From the NCBI GenBank assembly GCA_013239625.1, contig MU053594.1:1086536-1150535 (forward strand): 64,000 bases of DNA, read 5' to 3'. The translations under genes and the position numbers were made by a program. This document shows, in pieces, positions 25,801-37,988 of the stretch. The DNA is from Lama guanicoe. Its lineage: Eukaryota. The stretch's first letter is position 1. Every line of letters starts with the position of its first letter. The notes below the pieces were generated by a model. That model made no database searches. It saw only the letters and a program-made list of their open reading frames with translations, and had not been told where the DNA came from.

Positions 25801-27539
25801 GCAGTATAACTGCTCTAAGGATGAAATCACCTTTGTGATAACGTCCGTCATTCACTTGTCTGCTCCCATTACCTTTACTTTGCAATTACATCCACTGTTA
25901 AGTAATCACACATGAGAACCTATAACAGATGGTAAATAATTACTTTTTATCAATGGTCCAAGCCCATGTTTTCATTATCAACAATAATTAATGATCTAGG
26001 CAATGGCCCCAGCAATCCACTGCAGCAGAAGTCTTTCTGCTGTCTGGGATTTCCTACACATTGACAAGAGTGCAGGAGAAGGCCGCTGGAGAGATAACTC
26101 AGAAGGGACATTGTCAAGCAGCAGAGCAGGATCTGGATTAGGCGTGCAGGCCAGTGGCCGAGCGTCCAGTTGTGCTGTCTCCTCCTGCTAGCTTTAAGAT
26201 TGCGAGCCACCCATCATGCGTTCAAAGCTATAACCATCTCCTTGAAAGTGTATTTTTTTGGCAACTTAGAGACATTTAAAAATGTTTATGAGCCCCCTAA
26301 AGAAAATAAATCCTGGGACAGGAACTCTAAAATCTTGGCTTAGACATACAGAGAAATCAGACTCACCAAGTGTCACATCCTGCTTGGGACAGTGGTATTT
26401 GGGGGAGCGGGTCACAGCGGCCACAGAGGGACAAAATTGGACCTGGGAGTGAAGGTGAGGCAGACAGTGCGACTCAGATGGATTTCTCCTGGGGCTGGGC
26501 CCTGGGCCTGAGCTGTTCAAGACTGGATCAGACCCTTGGGGAATGTAAATGCTGGAGGAAGGTACACATTGGGTGGGTCTTTCGCTGACCAGAATGACAC
26601 CATTCTTACTTACAGTCCTTTCATGATGAACAAATGGGAAAGGCGAAGGTTCTTTGGAGTCATTCCACCAGAAGGGAAAGATTTGCCATTTACTGAACCG
26701 CGAGATGGCCTGAAACCACCTTTTCTCACATCCTGCTGGTCACTGAACCCACCAGGTAGAAAGGCGAGTCTTCTCTGCATGCAAAATATTCCATGGGCGG
26801 CTGGAAGCTTTCTTTCCAACTGTGTGTCCCCTCAGCTAGGAACAAGCCTGTTGTCCGTGATCACTCGTTCTGTAAAAGCTTCTCCTAAAACGTTTCCTTG
26901 TGTTTCTCTGACCTGTAATCTCTGCAGAGATGCATCTCCCCCTCACCACTGCTTTGCCCACCTAAATGTCAGCTGTGGATGCCGGGAGCCGCACAGAACG
27001 CAAATCCTCTTCTGAAGATGTCTGATGAGTCTCAACTTCCACACTAAACCGCCAGTGTCTGGCTCTGCAGCTGAGGAAAAATCGATCCCATTCCTCTTTC
27101 AGGAGCAGTGATGTGAATACTTGGCAGCTTGTGTTTAATGGGGTCCCTCGAGTTTGTGGGAGGATGAGCTAGTTCTCATTTTTCTGGTGCCTGGAGTTCA
27201 CCAGGCGTGGCTTACAGGGAGCAGAGGATGGGAAAGGAGTGGATGGCGCTCTCCTTTCTGATGCAAATCCTGGAAGAGTTAAAGATTCGGGTGGGGCATA
27301 TGGGTGAGGAAACCGACTGTGAAAAAACAGCTTGCAGAACCGCCAGGCTGAGGTTGGCAATCTTGCTGCCGACTCCCGCTGAAACTGAGGTCCTGTTCCT
27401 GCCACCACGGAGGATAAGCATGTCTAATTCTTCTGCCCACGTGAAAGTCCCGACCCCCCAGGGACGCTGACTTGGCAGTCCTTATTTGCATTGCACATCC
27501 CCCAGACTTTTCTTGGAGGATCTCATGGGAGGCGGGGAG

Positions 27540-27780
27540 TGTCACAGATAAGGCTGGAGAGGTTGGCAGGGGCCAGGTTTGGAGAACCTCTTGTGCCAAG
27601 CTAAGGAATTAAACTTTATCTTATGGAAGATGGAAAACCCTTGAAAAGTCTTTAGCTGGGGAGCAACATAGTCAGATAGTTATTTTAGGTAGGGCATTGT
27701 GACAGCTGAGTGAGGGGGAATTTGAGGGGGACTAGTTAGGGATCTCTATCAATAGTTCACGGGGAGACGCTCAGGACTTG
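27540..27780 (-). mobile_element. LINE-2 fragment
   Basis: aggctggagaggttggcaggggccagg...tgtgccaagctaaggaattaaactttatctt...gagcaacatagtcagat. Confidence 0.65.
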
Positions 27781-28280
27781 GGGGCATCCAACCACCACAG
27801 GCCACCTCCACTTCCGTTTCCCACAAACAAAGAAAACCTCATCCTCTGACTTCAAAATCATGCTTCTCCCAAATCCCCATCTTGGTGAATAATTGCCTAA
27901 CCACCATAGTCAGAAACGTGGCGATCGCCCGTGAAACCCTTCGTCTCCTCTTTCGCCATGCTCTGTCACCATGGGCGGCCATCTCCAACCCTCCCCTCTA
28001 CTCCGTTGCTAAAATCATTGCTCTGGTTCAGGTCTTCATCACGTCCTCCACGGACTTTTGCAATAACCTGAAAGGGAAAGCTGTGGTCCTTCGAGGGTCT
28101 GCTTTTTCAAAAAGGGCAAAGCAGTGAGAACTGTCCACCCCAGGTTTCAGCTACAAGCTCCTTAAGAGAAAGTCTTATCTGAAGCCCACAGGCTAGGGTG
28201 GGGCCTGCCCCCTGCCACAGCAGCATTCTTCACATTTTGTTGATGGAGTCTCGGTTACGTATCTGTCATTCCATCTAGAT

Positions 28281-28462
28281 CAGGCATCAGCAAACTCCGG
28301 ACCAGATCTGGTCTGCCACCTCTCTTCGTAAAGAATGTTCTATTGGGAGAAACCACATGCCATCATTTGCCTAATATCTATGGCTGGGTTTTATTTGAGT
28401 AGTTGGAACAAAGACTGAATTATTTCCTCCCTGGCCCTTGATGGAAAAAGTTTGCCAGCCCC
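28281..28462. mobile_element. MER58A-like hAT-Charlie MITE
   Basis: Termini caggcatcagcaaact ... aaagtttgccagcccct; flanked by tctaga-containing target sequence on both sides. Confidence 0.8.
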
Positions 28463-31099
28463 TATTCTAGACCAGAAACTTGTCAAGGGTGAGGAATTGC
28501 ATTTATGTAATCATTGTACCCCTGGGATCTAGCGCTTTGTATGGGCATAAATACGTGTGTTTTGTGTGTGCCTTACACAAGGGGGATAATCCCATGTGTG
28601 ACTCAGTGGTGCTAAGGAGTTGCGGCCTGATTTCTCTTTGCGCATGAGCAGACATTGAGGCTGTCTCTTTCCCTCGCAGTGGGGGCCTCCACCATACGTT
28701 ACTGTACTAGATGTAGTGCGTGTATGTAATATACTCCAATGTGTATTAACAATGCATCGCTCCCTTTAATAGTAAGGTTCCAAACACCTGGACTCATCGT
28801 GCCCTCGGGGCGGCACTGCCTGTAACTCATAGACCCTAACAACCTCACCCATCCTTCAGCCAGTGGCTATGGACCCTGGCTACTGTCAGTCCTGAATGAG
28901 GAGAAAAGATTAAGGACCCTCGTAAGGGGCTGTGATGGTCACACATTTTTAGAGTTGCACTGCTTTTGGTAAGCTTTGGGGGTTGAGTCTAATTTGGGGT
29001 GGTAGATAATGGATTCAGTCGCTACACTCTAGAAGCAACGCATTAACCTGACCCAGGGCCCCAGGTCTGCCTGTTGGTCACGTTGGTGACCGGGTACCAC
29101 GCCGGGCTCCTGTGTGCATCGTGCCTGTTTCCCGTTTCGCTCACTGCTGTAGCCCGTCTATCTAGAACGATGCCTGATGCATGGTGGGCACCCAACAGTG
29201 ATCTGTTAGTGAAAGTTCATTTGAGTTGTTTTATATCACCTTTTTTGCCTCCCTGTGAGCTGTGCCTTACAATGTATGCCTCATTTTATGGTTGCTGGTC
29301 AAGGTCAGGGGCATGATGTAAATCCAGATTGTTTTGACTTGGAAGCCTGTGTTCTGTCCATAACATCACAATTCGGACTAATAGGAGCTCCATTTGGGAC
29401 CTAACATCCTCACCTTCCTTTTAACCGGATCAGAAATGTACTAGAGGACGAACTTCCCAGGCCACGATTTCCCCCGTTCCGATCACCATTCTGTGATTTC
29501 AGAAGCCGAGTCTTCAAGAGCCGAGGTGAATTCTTTGCACACAAGCAGCACAAAGGCCCTCGGGAATGCTCTGTTGCCTGTGCAGATTTTGGCATATTCT
29601 CGGGAAATTCTGAAGGCAGCCACCCCCTCTCCCATGCCACTGCAGAAAGTCCTGTGTTCCACTCATGCACAGGGGAGTCAGGCGATGGAGCCGCACACCA
29701 GCTTTTCAAAAGGCTCCAGTATAATGTGGCGATTGTGTCGTCGACAACAATAATGAAGAGGAAAACTCCCGGCCAACTTTCTTCACATGACTGGACAGAG
29801 AAAACAAGCAAACAGAATGCGGACGGAGCCCCCCCCCCGCCCCGCCCCCCGGCTTTCCTCCCCAGGAGGCAGATTCTGGGATCACGGCTTGATTCTCTCT
29901 GCCACAAATCTGATGAAGATTGGAAATTTCTTGCTACCGAGCCTGGCAAGTGAATCTAATTCGTGATTTTCATTTCCTCGGCTCCAAGCTCTATTCACGG
30001 CTGACCTTTGCTGTGTCACACTCATTACTGAAATATAACATTCAGTCCAAAAGCCACCTCGGCAGGTGAGATTACAACTGATCAAGGGCAAGTTTTTAAC
30101 CTGTGCTTCTACCCGGGCTGAAAACCAGACTTTGTGCTTTTCCTCTTCCAAAGATAATCTTCACTTTAATAGGCTAGGAAAAGCAGCCTGCCAGCAAAAA
30201 AAAAAAAAAAAAAAAAAAAACCCCATTTATTAAAGCCTCAATAAGTAGTAATTCACTGAAGATGAGATTCTTCCTCCTGAAAGTCTAAATGCCTTCTAGA
30301 AATTATTTCAGAAATATGTTGCTCAAGGATTAAAATAGATTGAGTGCTTAAGTCTGCTGTTGCTCATGTTTGATCGTCCCTTGAGAATATTAAACCAAAC
30401 AGGGAGGAAAAAGCTTCAGAGATCGCTAACGTGAGATCTGATGTGAACTCCTACGAGAGAGAGGAATGAGCTCTGCATGAAACTTCTTTTCTTTCTTTCT
30501 CTCACCCACACGCCTTTCCTCCTTGCTTTGCATCCGGCTCTGGTCTGGTCCCTCTTGCCTTCAGGACCTTGGAATGAATTCCAGGCAGTTTTCTGGGTGA
30601 CTCTCGGAGATCAGGGAAGTAAATGCTGGAACTCGGTTTGTACGTGCTGGAGGAGAGGCTGATGGGTTGGAAGTGGAAGTTGCAAACTCTGGGTGGTCTA
30701 GATGCCTTCGCAGACCAGTGAGCTCTCCAAAGCGCTGCTGGCACTCAGAGCTCTTCAGAATGCCCCGGTTTAGGGAAGAGAGAGGCAGGCACGTGAAACC
30801 ACAGCATGTGACGATTCCGGCTCTTATTTCCTGTTGTACTGGAAATCCGCCAGTAGCAGGAGACTGCTTCCTCCTGCTCTTAAACATAGTCCTTAGATCA
30901 AAGGACAACAGAGTTGGAAGGAATCTCAGGGATCATCTTGGCCAATCCCCACATTGTACACATGCTTGAAATCTCTTCCACTTCAAGTTAATAGTCTCCC
31001 ATCTCTGTGTGTTGTTCTCCAGTCACCTTCACAGCTTTCACCTTCCCTTCTTTGTCAGATATATTGAAAAGTAGCCTACCTTCCCTCTCCTCTCCTTCA

Positions 31100-32390
31100 T
31101 CTTTCTGCAATCCGTCTTTTACATATCATTCCTGGAAACTGCTCATTGCAAAGTCATCAATAACCCTCCAGTTGCCAAAACCAATGAACACTGTCCCAGT
31201 TAGATCTTGCACTTCTGCCACTTGAATGCTGCTCACCGCTCCTTTGGTAAACTCTCCCCTGCTGGCTTCGGTGACCCCCTTCTGGTTCTCCCACTTTCCT
31301 GATGACTCCTGCTCAGTCTTGCAGCTTGCAGCTTGTTTCACCAGATCTTTAAGCATGGTTTTCCCCACGGCTCTGTCCTTGGCCTTCTTCTCCTTCCTTC
31401 TGTGCATCTATTTGGCTGATGTCATCAGTTCCTCTGCCATCAACCATCACCTCTCTGGAGGGCCCTCATAGGTATGTCACTAACTCAGACTTTTCAGCTC
31501 TAAAGCTGTGTCTTATTGCCATGGCATCGTCACCTGGCTACCTCTGTGTGCCTCCAACATGACTGGTCCAAAAGAGAAATCAGTTGTCCTCTTCCCTCCA
31601 TTCAGTCTTCCCTTCAGAGTCCTTGTATCTCTGTCAGTCTATCCAAACCAGAATCCACGGGTGTTACCTAGCATCTGCTCCTCCTGCACATCCCACATCT
31701 GATTAATCACCCAGTTCTTCCAGTTCTTCGTTTTATGACTCTTTTGCCCCCGGCACCGCCGCTGACTTTTATATCTCCCCTGCCCTATTGCAATGCCTTC
31801 TCATTCACCTCCCTGCTCCCACCGCTGCTTCTCCTACTCATTCTCCATACGCAGGTCAGAGTTGTCTTACACACGCCGATCTGATCTGGCAACTCTCCCG
31901 TTTAAAAGCCTTAAATGGTTCTTCCTCGTCTGCGGGATAAAATGCAACCTCCTTAGCTGGACATAAAAGGCCCATTATTCAGCTCCTCTGTACTTTCCAA
32001 CCTCACTGCTGGCTGCTTGTACCCTCTTATAGTCACTCAAGTTGTGTTTAGTCTCTGGCATCTTTCATGCAGGTCTCACCCCTGCACTTTTGCATGTGTT
32101 ATTTTCTCAGCCTTGAAGGCTCTTGACTCCTTGGTGAGTAGCAACTCATCCTTGAAGATTGCTCGAACATCTCTTCCTCTGTTCACTCTTCCTTGGTCCC
32201 CCTCAGGCACACTTAATTGCTTTATTTTTCGTATTTTTATAGCATTTTGACTTATCCTACAATTTTTGATTGTTTATTTATAAGACAATTTCCCCAGCTA
32301 GAATGAGCTCCTTGAGGGTGAGTGAGAACCTTGCCTTTTTGAAATCTTTTGCATCTCTGATACCTGGTAGACCCTCTATAAATACAATTA
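31100..32390 (+). mobile_element. LINE-2, long decayed 3' portion
   Basis: Pyrimidine-rich L2 body; tctgatctggcaactctcccgtttaaaagcc; ends ctagaatgagctccttgagggtgag...atacctggtagaccctctataaata. Confidence 0.8.
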
Positions 32391-32397
32391 GAAAATG

Positions 32398-32520
32398 AGT
32401 GAGAAAACTGAGGTTCAAAGAGATGAACTGGATTTCCCCAATCACACAGCTAGTCAGTGGTGGTTTCTGGGCTGGACCTGTGACCCTCTGACTCTGGACT
32501 TGTGCCTCATTTACCACCAA
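32398..32520 (-). mobile_element. MIR fragment
   Basis: gagaaaactgaggttcaaagagatgaactggatttccccaatcacacagctagtcagtgg. Confidence 0.75.
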
Positions 32521-32842
32521 ATGGCTGGGGACCGAAATTCAACTCCCTACTGGGGTGAGGCAGGGTGAGTGTGGGTGGGTATAGGGCAGATTCATCCACT
32601 GATATCAAAGTGGGTATAATTCAGCATACGGAGCCTGGCTTCTGGAGGGGAGCTGCACAGACAAGAGTGACCAGGGCTCTGGGTTGTCAGCATTGGGGGA
32701 AGGCACAGGGAAGACAGGAGACCCTCAACCAGAGAGCACAGAACCACTCAGAGAAGCCTGGAGCAGACAACACTCAGAAATCCAGGAGGACAGGGATTCG
32801 GGGCAGAGGCATCAGACTAACTTATCAGAAGGAATAAAGACT

Positions 32843-33328
32843 CTAGTTAGGGCTCTTCAGAGAAACTGAACCAATAGGATGTTCATGCTGATACCCATGT
32901 CTGTCTCTATAAAGCTATACCTAGACAGAGATTTATTACAAGGTGCTGGCTCACTCCATTATGGAAGCTGAGACGTACCAGTGTCTCCATCTCCAAGTTG
33001 GAGCTCCAGGAAAGCAGGTGAAGACCTGAGAGCCACAGAGCTGAATGGTACAGATTTTAGGCCAAGTCTGAAGGCCCAAGAACCAGGATCATCAAAGGCA
33101 GAAGATTGTTGTCCAGATCAAGCGGTCCGGCAGAGAGTGGATTCAACCCTTCGTCTGCCTTTCTGTTCTTTTCAGGCCATCAGTGGTTTGACTGACACTC
33201 ACCCACTTTGGGGAGGGCTATCTGTTTTACTTAGTTCAGCGATTCAAATGCTAATCTCTTCCAGAAACACCCTCACAGACACACCCAGAAATCTGGGCAT
33301 CCCACCGCCCATAAGATTATCCATCACA
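32843..33328 (-). mobile_element. ERVL solo LTR (MLT2B-like)
   Basis: tagttagggctcttcagagaaactgaaccaatagga...gattcaaatgctaatctcttccagaaacaccctcacagacacacccagaaa...ccatcaca. Confidence 0.88.
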
Positions 33329-33663
33329 AGCTCCTGTTAAAGCAGCCAGTTGAAGTCAGAGTCCTGGTCTTGGAAACCAGAAGCACAGACTGAACACCCT
33401 GAGAGGGACTTGGGCACAGATCACAGGACAGGAAGCCTGTTACCAGAATCAGGCTACAAGGCAGAGAAAATGGGAGGGAAGTGGAGCCTGTCACACCCTT
33501 GCCTCTTAGCTATCGCACTCTCTACAAAGCAGGTGTTTTCAAAATAGACAATATTAAACATCTCCCTAGGGTTTTGTCTCTGCATTTTCCCCCAGGTCCA
33601 TTTTCCTTTATTTCCAGCTCCATTTCTCAGTGTTTACTAAAACCAGCTAGTGGTGGAGGAGAA

Positions 33664-33792
33664 GGGGAGCGTATAGCTCAAATGGTAGAGTGCATGCTTA
33701 GCAGGCACAAGGTCCTGGGTTCAATCCCCAGTACTTCCTCTAAAAATACATAAACCTAATTACCCCCTCCCCCAAATAAGGTTAAAAAAAAA
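33664..33792 (+). mobile_element. tRNA-Ala-derived SINE (camelid Vic-1 type)
   Basis: ggggagcgtatagctcaaatggtagagtgcatgcttagc...gggttcaatccccagtac; taaacctaattaccccc; TSD-like agctagtggtg / agctagtagtg. Confidence 0.9.
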
Positions 33793-34717
33793 GCTAGTAG
33801 TGACTTGGGATGAAAAGCCAGTGCCCCCCATTTTGGCCAGAGAAAGGTGTCTGTGCAGGCAAGGTCTGTTCAGAGCTCAGAAGGTCAACAGCTCCGCCCT
33901 GGAGAGCTTCTCACAGATGGTTGGGAGCCTTTGTCTGAGAGGATGCCCTTGGGTTAGTCTTCAGGTCCACACATCTGTTCATTTCTGACCTGGCCTCAAA
34001 AGAGGTATTAAAATGTACTTCAAGTCTTTATTTTTCCCGGTCTAATTAACCAAAGTGTTTAATAAGTAACAGGGATATTTCCAGTAATTTAGCACTTCAT
34101 TAGTAATTTGGTCCATTATAATATGTGTCACCAAAATCGACTCAATTCAGACAACCATTTGCTGCCTTCGCAGAAGATAATGACTTCTAATTCCCATTAC
34201 TTGAACATCTTATAAACCTTCTAAGTGGTTTGCTATTTTTTATTAAGGTGTATCTCAGACAGATTTTGGACCTTGCCAAAAAGTAAATAAAACCCATGAA
34301 AACTGAACCACAGATAAGCAAATAAAAGTGAATAAACATACCTAGAAACTCCCTTAGGGATACTACATCATGGCTGTGCAGAGACAGCCTTTGTGTTTTG
34401 GCATAAAATAAAATCCGTTTCTTGTTAAGTCAGGGAATTTGAATTTTGCCTTTTCAGATACCTAAGGCAGCTAGAAATTTCGGCCCTATTTCACAGAGAT
34501 GAAGGCTTATAAAATCAGAGAATGTTGTGACAAGGTGGCAAAGTATTTCATAATGCAGTTAAGTAGGATTTTGAAGTCCACAGACTGGGTCTGGGACAGG
34601 ATGGTTCACATGCTAGCTTGTCCAATCACTACTAATAGTGAACGTGGTGGAGATCTCGCCCTTGGTTCGTGGCTCCTCATTGACTTTGCCTATTGGCCTT
34701 CCTTTTTGCATTTGCCC

Positions 34718-34738
34718 CACAGCACCCGGGACAGCACC
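34718..34738 (+). promoter_or_regulatory. RE1/NRSE (REST-binding) motif candidate inside an L2 3' fragment
   Basis: cacagcacccgggacagcacc vs consensus TTCAGCACCnnGGACAGCgCC: both half-site cores (CAGCACC, GGACAG) intact with the canonical 2-nt spacer. Confidence 0.55.
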
Positions 34739-35109
34739 GAGCACACAGTAGATAGGTTATGCTCAGTTGCTTGCCTCCAGATGGCTGCTACCATGTATGA
34801 ATTGAAGACACCCCATGTGCTGGTCACTGTACAGAGATGCTCAATGTCACCTTATTTACCCAGTGATTGGAGCTTACTCTTTTAAGTAGCAAAATTTTGC
34901 TGTTTTGTGTTAGACAATTTTGACAGAAATGATTCTATAATATAATGCATATTTCTGTCTTCCTCCAAAGAGAAGATTGAATATTACTTAGATCCCTATA
35001 TCTAAGGATCCAGAGGAAAGCAGAACTCATGAAGTGACAGCAAGAATTAAAGGGGGAGCAGGATGAGAGGCACAATGGATGCAAAAGGAGAAGGGCCTAC
35101 AGCCCTTTG

Positions 35110-35300
35110 TTCATTCATTCACTCGGCACACATTTGCTGAGTACTTACTATGTGCCAAGCACTGTGCTCCAGACAGAAGAGTCAGTGACAGGCCAAGCAG
35201 ACCTGGTCTCTGTCCTCCTGAAGCCTCCAGGCTAGTAAGAAAGTCTGAGAAGTGAAAGCACAATTTTAATGCGGTGGAATAAATATTGTGATGGAGAAAA
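35110..35300 (-). mobile_element. LINE-2 3' end
   Basis: ttcattcattcactcggcacacatttgctgagtacttactatgtgccaagcactgtgct. Confidence 0.8.
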
Positions 35301-35674
35301 AAACTGAGACAGCTCAGAGAGAGCATCCTTGGGAAGTGATGTGTCTGGGAGCCCATAACAGCCTTGCAGACACTCGTCAGCATGTTAGTGAGAACTGATG
35401 AGGTTCATTTAAAGAGGCCGGAGTTGAGCAGATGGATGAGATCCTGCGGAACTGGTATCTCTTGTAGGTCAGAGACAGGCAAACATGAAGACTGCAAGGC
35501 AATGGAGATACAGTTTTACTTTTCCTATGAGAGTGGTTGTAGCTTCTAACTGGATTGGTATGGTCCAGAAGTGGAGATGCCCTCCCTTTAAAGACGTGTC
35601 ACACTGTGATTTAAAGAAGGTGTGCCAGGTGCCTTCATAGAGTCTTTTATCTGGCTCCCACATTTTTGAAAGCA

Positions 35675-36217
35675 GTGTCTCAGCTAGCCACTGCTCCATA
35701 ACAAACTGCCCCAAAACTCAGTTGCTTAAACCAGTACTGTTTACCCTGACTTATAAGTGTGTGGATCAGTGGGGTGGTTCTTTTTGGTCTCAGCTAGGCC
35801 CTTTAATGTGCTGACAGCCATCTGGGGGTCAGGTCAACAGCTCTGGTGATCTTGGCTGGTCTCTGTCACATGTTTGGGGGCTGGCAGTTATTAGTTAATC
35901 TGGGATGGCCTTGGTTGGGACATGTGGACTTTCCTTCACATGTCCTCTCATTCTCCAGAAGACTAGCCTGGATTTGCTTACATATGCTGTCCAAGTTTCA
36001 AGAAAGCAAAAGAAGCATGAAGACCTCTTGATGCTTAGGCTCAGAACTGACAACGTGGCTTCTGCCATATCTATGGGCCAAAACAAGTCAAGTAGCCCAG
36101 ACTCAAGGATGGGGAAATAGACTTCACTTTTTCATGGGAGGAAAGAGCTGTATAGTCATGTTGCAAAGGCATAAACTCAGGAAGGACATACTTGGAGCCA
36201 TTTTTGCAATCTACCAC
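35675..36217 (-). mobile_element. MaLR solo LTR (MLT1H-like)
   Basis: gctccataacaaactgccccaaaactcagttgcttaaa...ggggaaatagacttcac...gagccatttttgcaatctaccaca. Confidence 0.8.
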
Positions 36218-36916
36218 AAATAGCAACCTGGAAAGTGCTGAAAACTCCAGTGTTCCCAAATATCTTCGTCATAGCTCATGTCTCTGGGATCCTCTGGCCC
36301 TTGTCATGGATGTGCACACCTGCTTCTGTGAAAGGAAACAGACGTCAGGCCCCTAAGACTTTCCTCAGCCTCGTTTGTAGGGAATTTTGTCTTCTCACTT
36401 GCATGGAGTGGACGCCAGCCAAACCAAGAGTCATAAAAGCAAATGCCCATTAAGCAATGCTGGTCAGCTGCACTGACCATAGTCATCATATCGATCACTG
36501 ATATTGATAGATCTGCCCTGGTCAGGAGGCAGATTCATTGGAACAGAGTGCCTGGCAGGTGGCCACCTCCGTGAGAGTGCCATGTGTGCTGATGCACCTT
36601 TAATAAACATTTAATACTCTGCTGGGTTCTTGGATGGGCTTGAGGTCACTGCTGATAAAAGTCTGGGCCCAAAGAGCTCATATATTTGGCACAAATGTGT
36701 CACCAGCCATTTAAATACTTCATGAATCTCATTCTCACTGTAAGAAATGAAAACCAGCTTTTCTTAGGTGAAGATGAGAGTCTTTCTTCTTTGTATCTTC
36801 TGATAGACTCTTGTATTTTCAAACTCTGCCCCCTTGGGATTTCATATTTTCTTGACTTTGCACTAGGAGAAAGATTGCCTTTCCTTCATCAGTTGCTGTT
36901 ATAGAAATCTGAGACA

Positions 36917-37354
36917 GGCTATTGTGAATAATGCCGCAATGAACACGGAAGTGCAGATATCTCTTCTGAGATACTGATTTCTGTACTGTTGGGTATAAAC
37001 TCAGAAGTGGGACTATTGTATCATTTGGTAGTTCTATTTTTAATTTTTTGAGGAACCTCCATACTGTTTTCCATAGCAGCCCCACGATTTTACATTCCTA
37101 CCAATAGTACACCAGTGTTCTAATTTCTCCATGTCCTTGCCAATATTTTTGTATATCCATCCTAATGGGTGTGAGGTGATATCTAATGGTTTTGATTTGT
37201 ATGTCCCTGATGATTAGTGATGTTGAGCATCTTTTCATGTGCCTATATGTCTTCTTCAGAGACATGTCTATTCGAGATCCATCTTGTAATAGGTGTTCTG
37301 CTATTGAGCTGTAAGAGTTCTTCAAGTATTTTGAATATTAACCCCTTATCAGAT
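36917..37354 (-). mobile_element. LINE-1 ORF2 segment: inverted 5' part of a twin-primed L1MA9-like insertion
   Basis: ORF 36819..37085 LWKTVWRFLKKLKIELP and ORF 37098..37325 HMKRCSTSLIIRDIQIKTIRYHLTPIRM match the L1 ORF2 C-terminal region. Confidence 0.9.
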
Positions 37355-37988
37355 TATTCATGATAGCCAAGAAAAAGACACAACCAAAATGTCCATTGAT
37401 GGATAAATGGAGAAAGAAAATTGATGGAGGAATGGAAAAGAAGGAATACCTGGAATAGTATTCAGTCTTAGAAAAGAAGGAGATTCTGGCATTTGCAACA
37501 ACTTGGATGGAGCTGGGGCACATTACGCTAAGTGAAACAAGCCAGTCACATTTGCAAGGACAAATATGGCATGGTTCCCCTCGTATGATGTATCAGAAAC
37601 AAACTTATAGAAGAAGGGATTAGACTATTGGTTGCCAAGGGCAGGAGGGCGGGGAAATGGGGAGTTGTTCATGGGTATAAGGTTTCACTTACACAGAATA
37701 AGTAGGTTCCAGCGACCTGCTTTATAACATAGTGCCTACTGTTAATATTGTACTGTGCACTTATAGATTTGTTAGGAAGGTACATCTCATGTTAAGTGCT
37801 CCTACCACAAAACAGAAAATTAAAGGGACATGGAGGTAACTTTTGAAGGTAATGGATATATTTATTACCTTGAGAGTGGTGATGGTTTCACAGGTGTATG
37901 CAGATGTCCAGATTCATCAAATTGTATGCATTAAGTATGCACAGTTTTTATTTATCAATGATACTTCAATAACAGCTGTTTTAAAAAA
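37353..37988 (+). mobile_element. LINE-1 3' end (L1MA9/10-like): non-inverted part of the same insertion
   Basis: ttattcatgatagccaag...aatgtccattgatggataaatgg...atctcatgttaagtgctcctaccacaaaa...tacttcaataacagctgttttaaaaaa. Confidence 0.88.
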
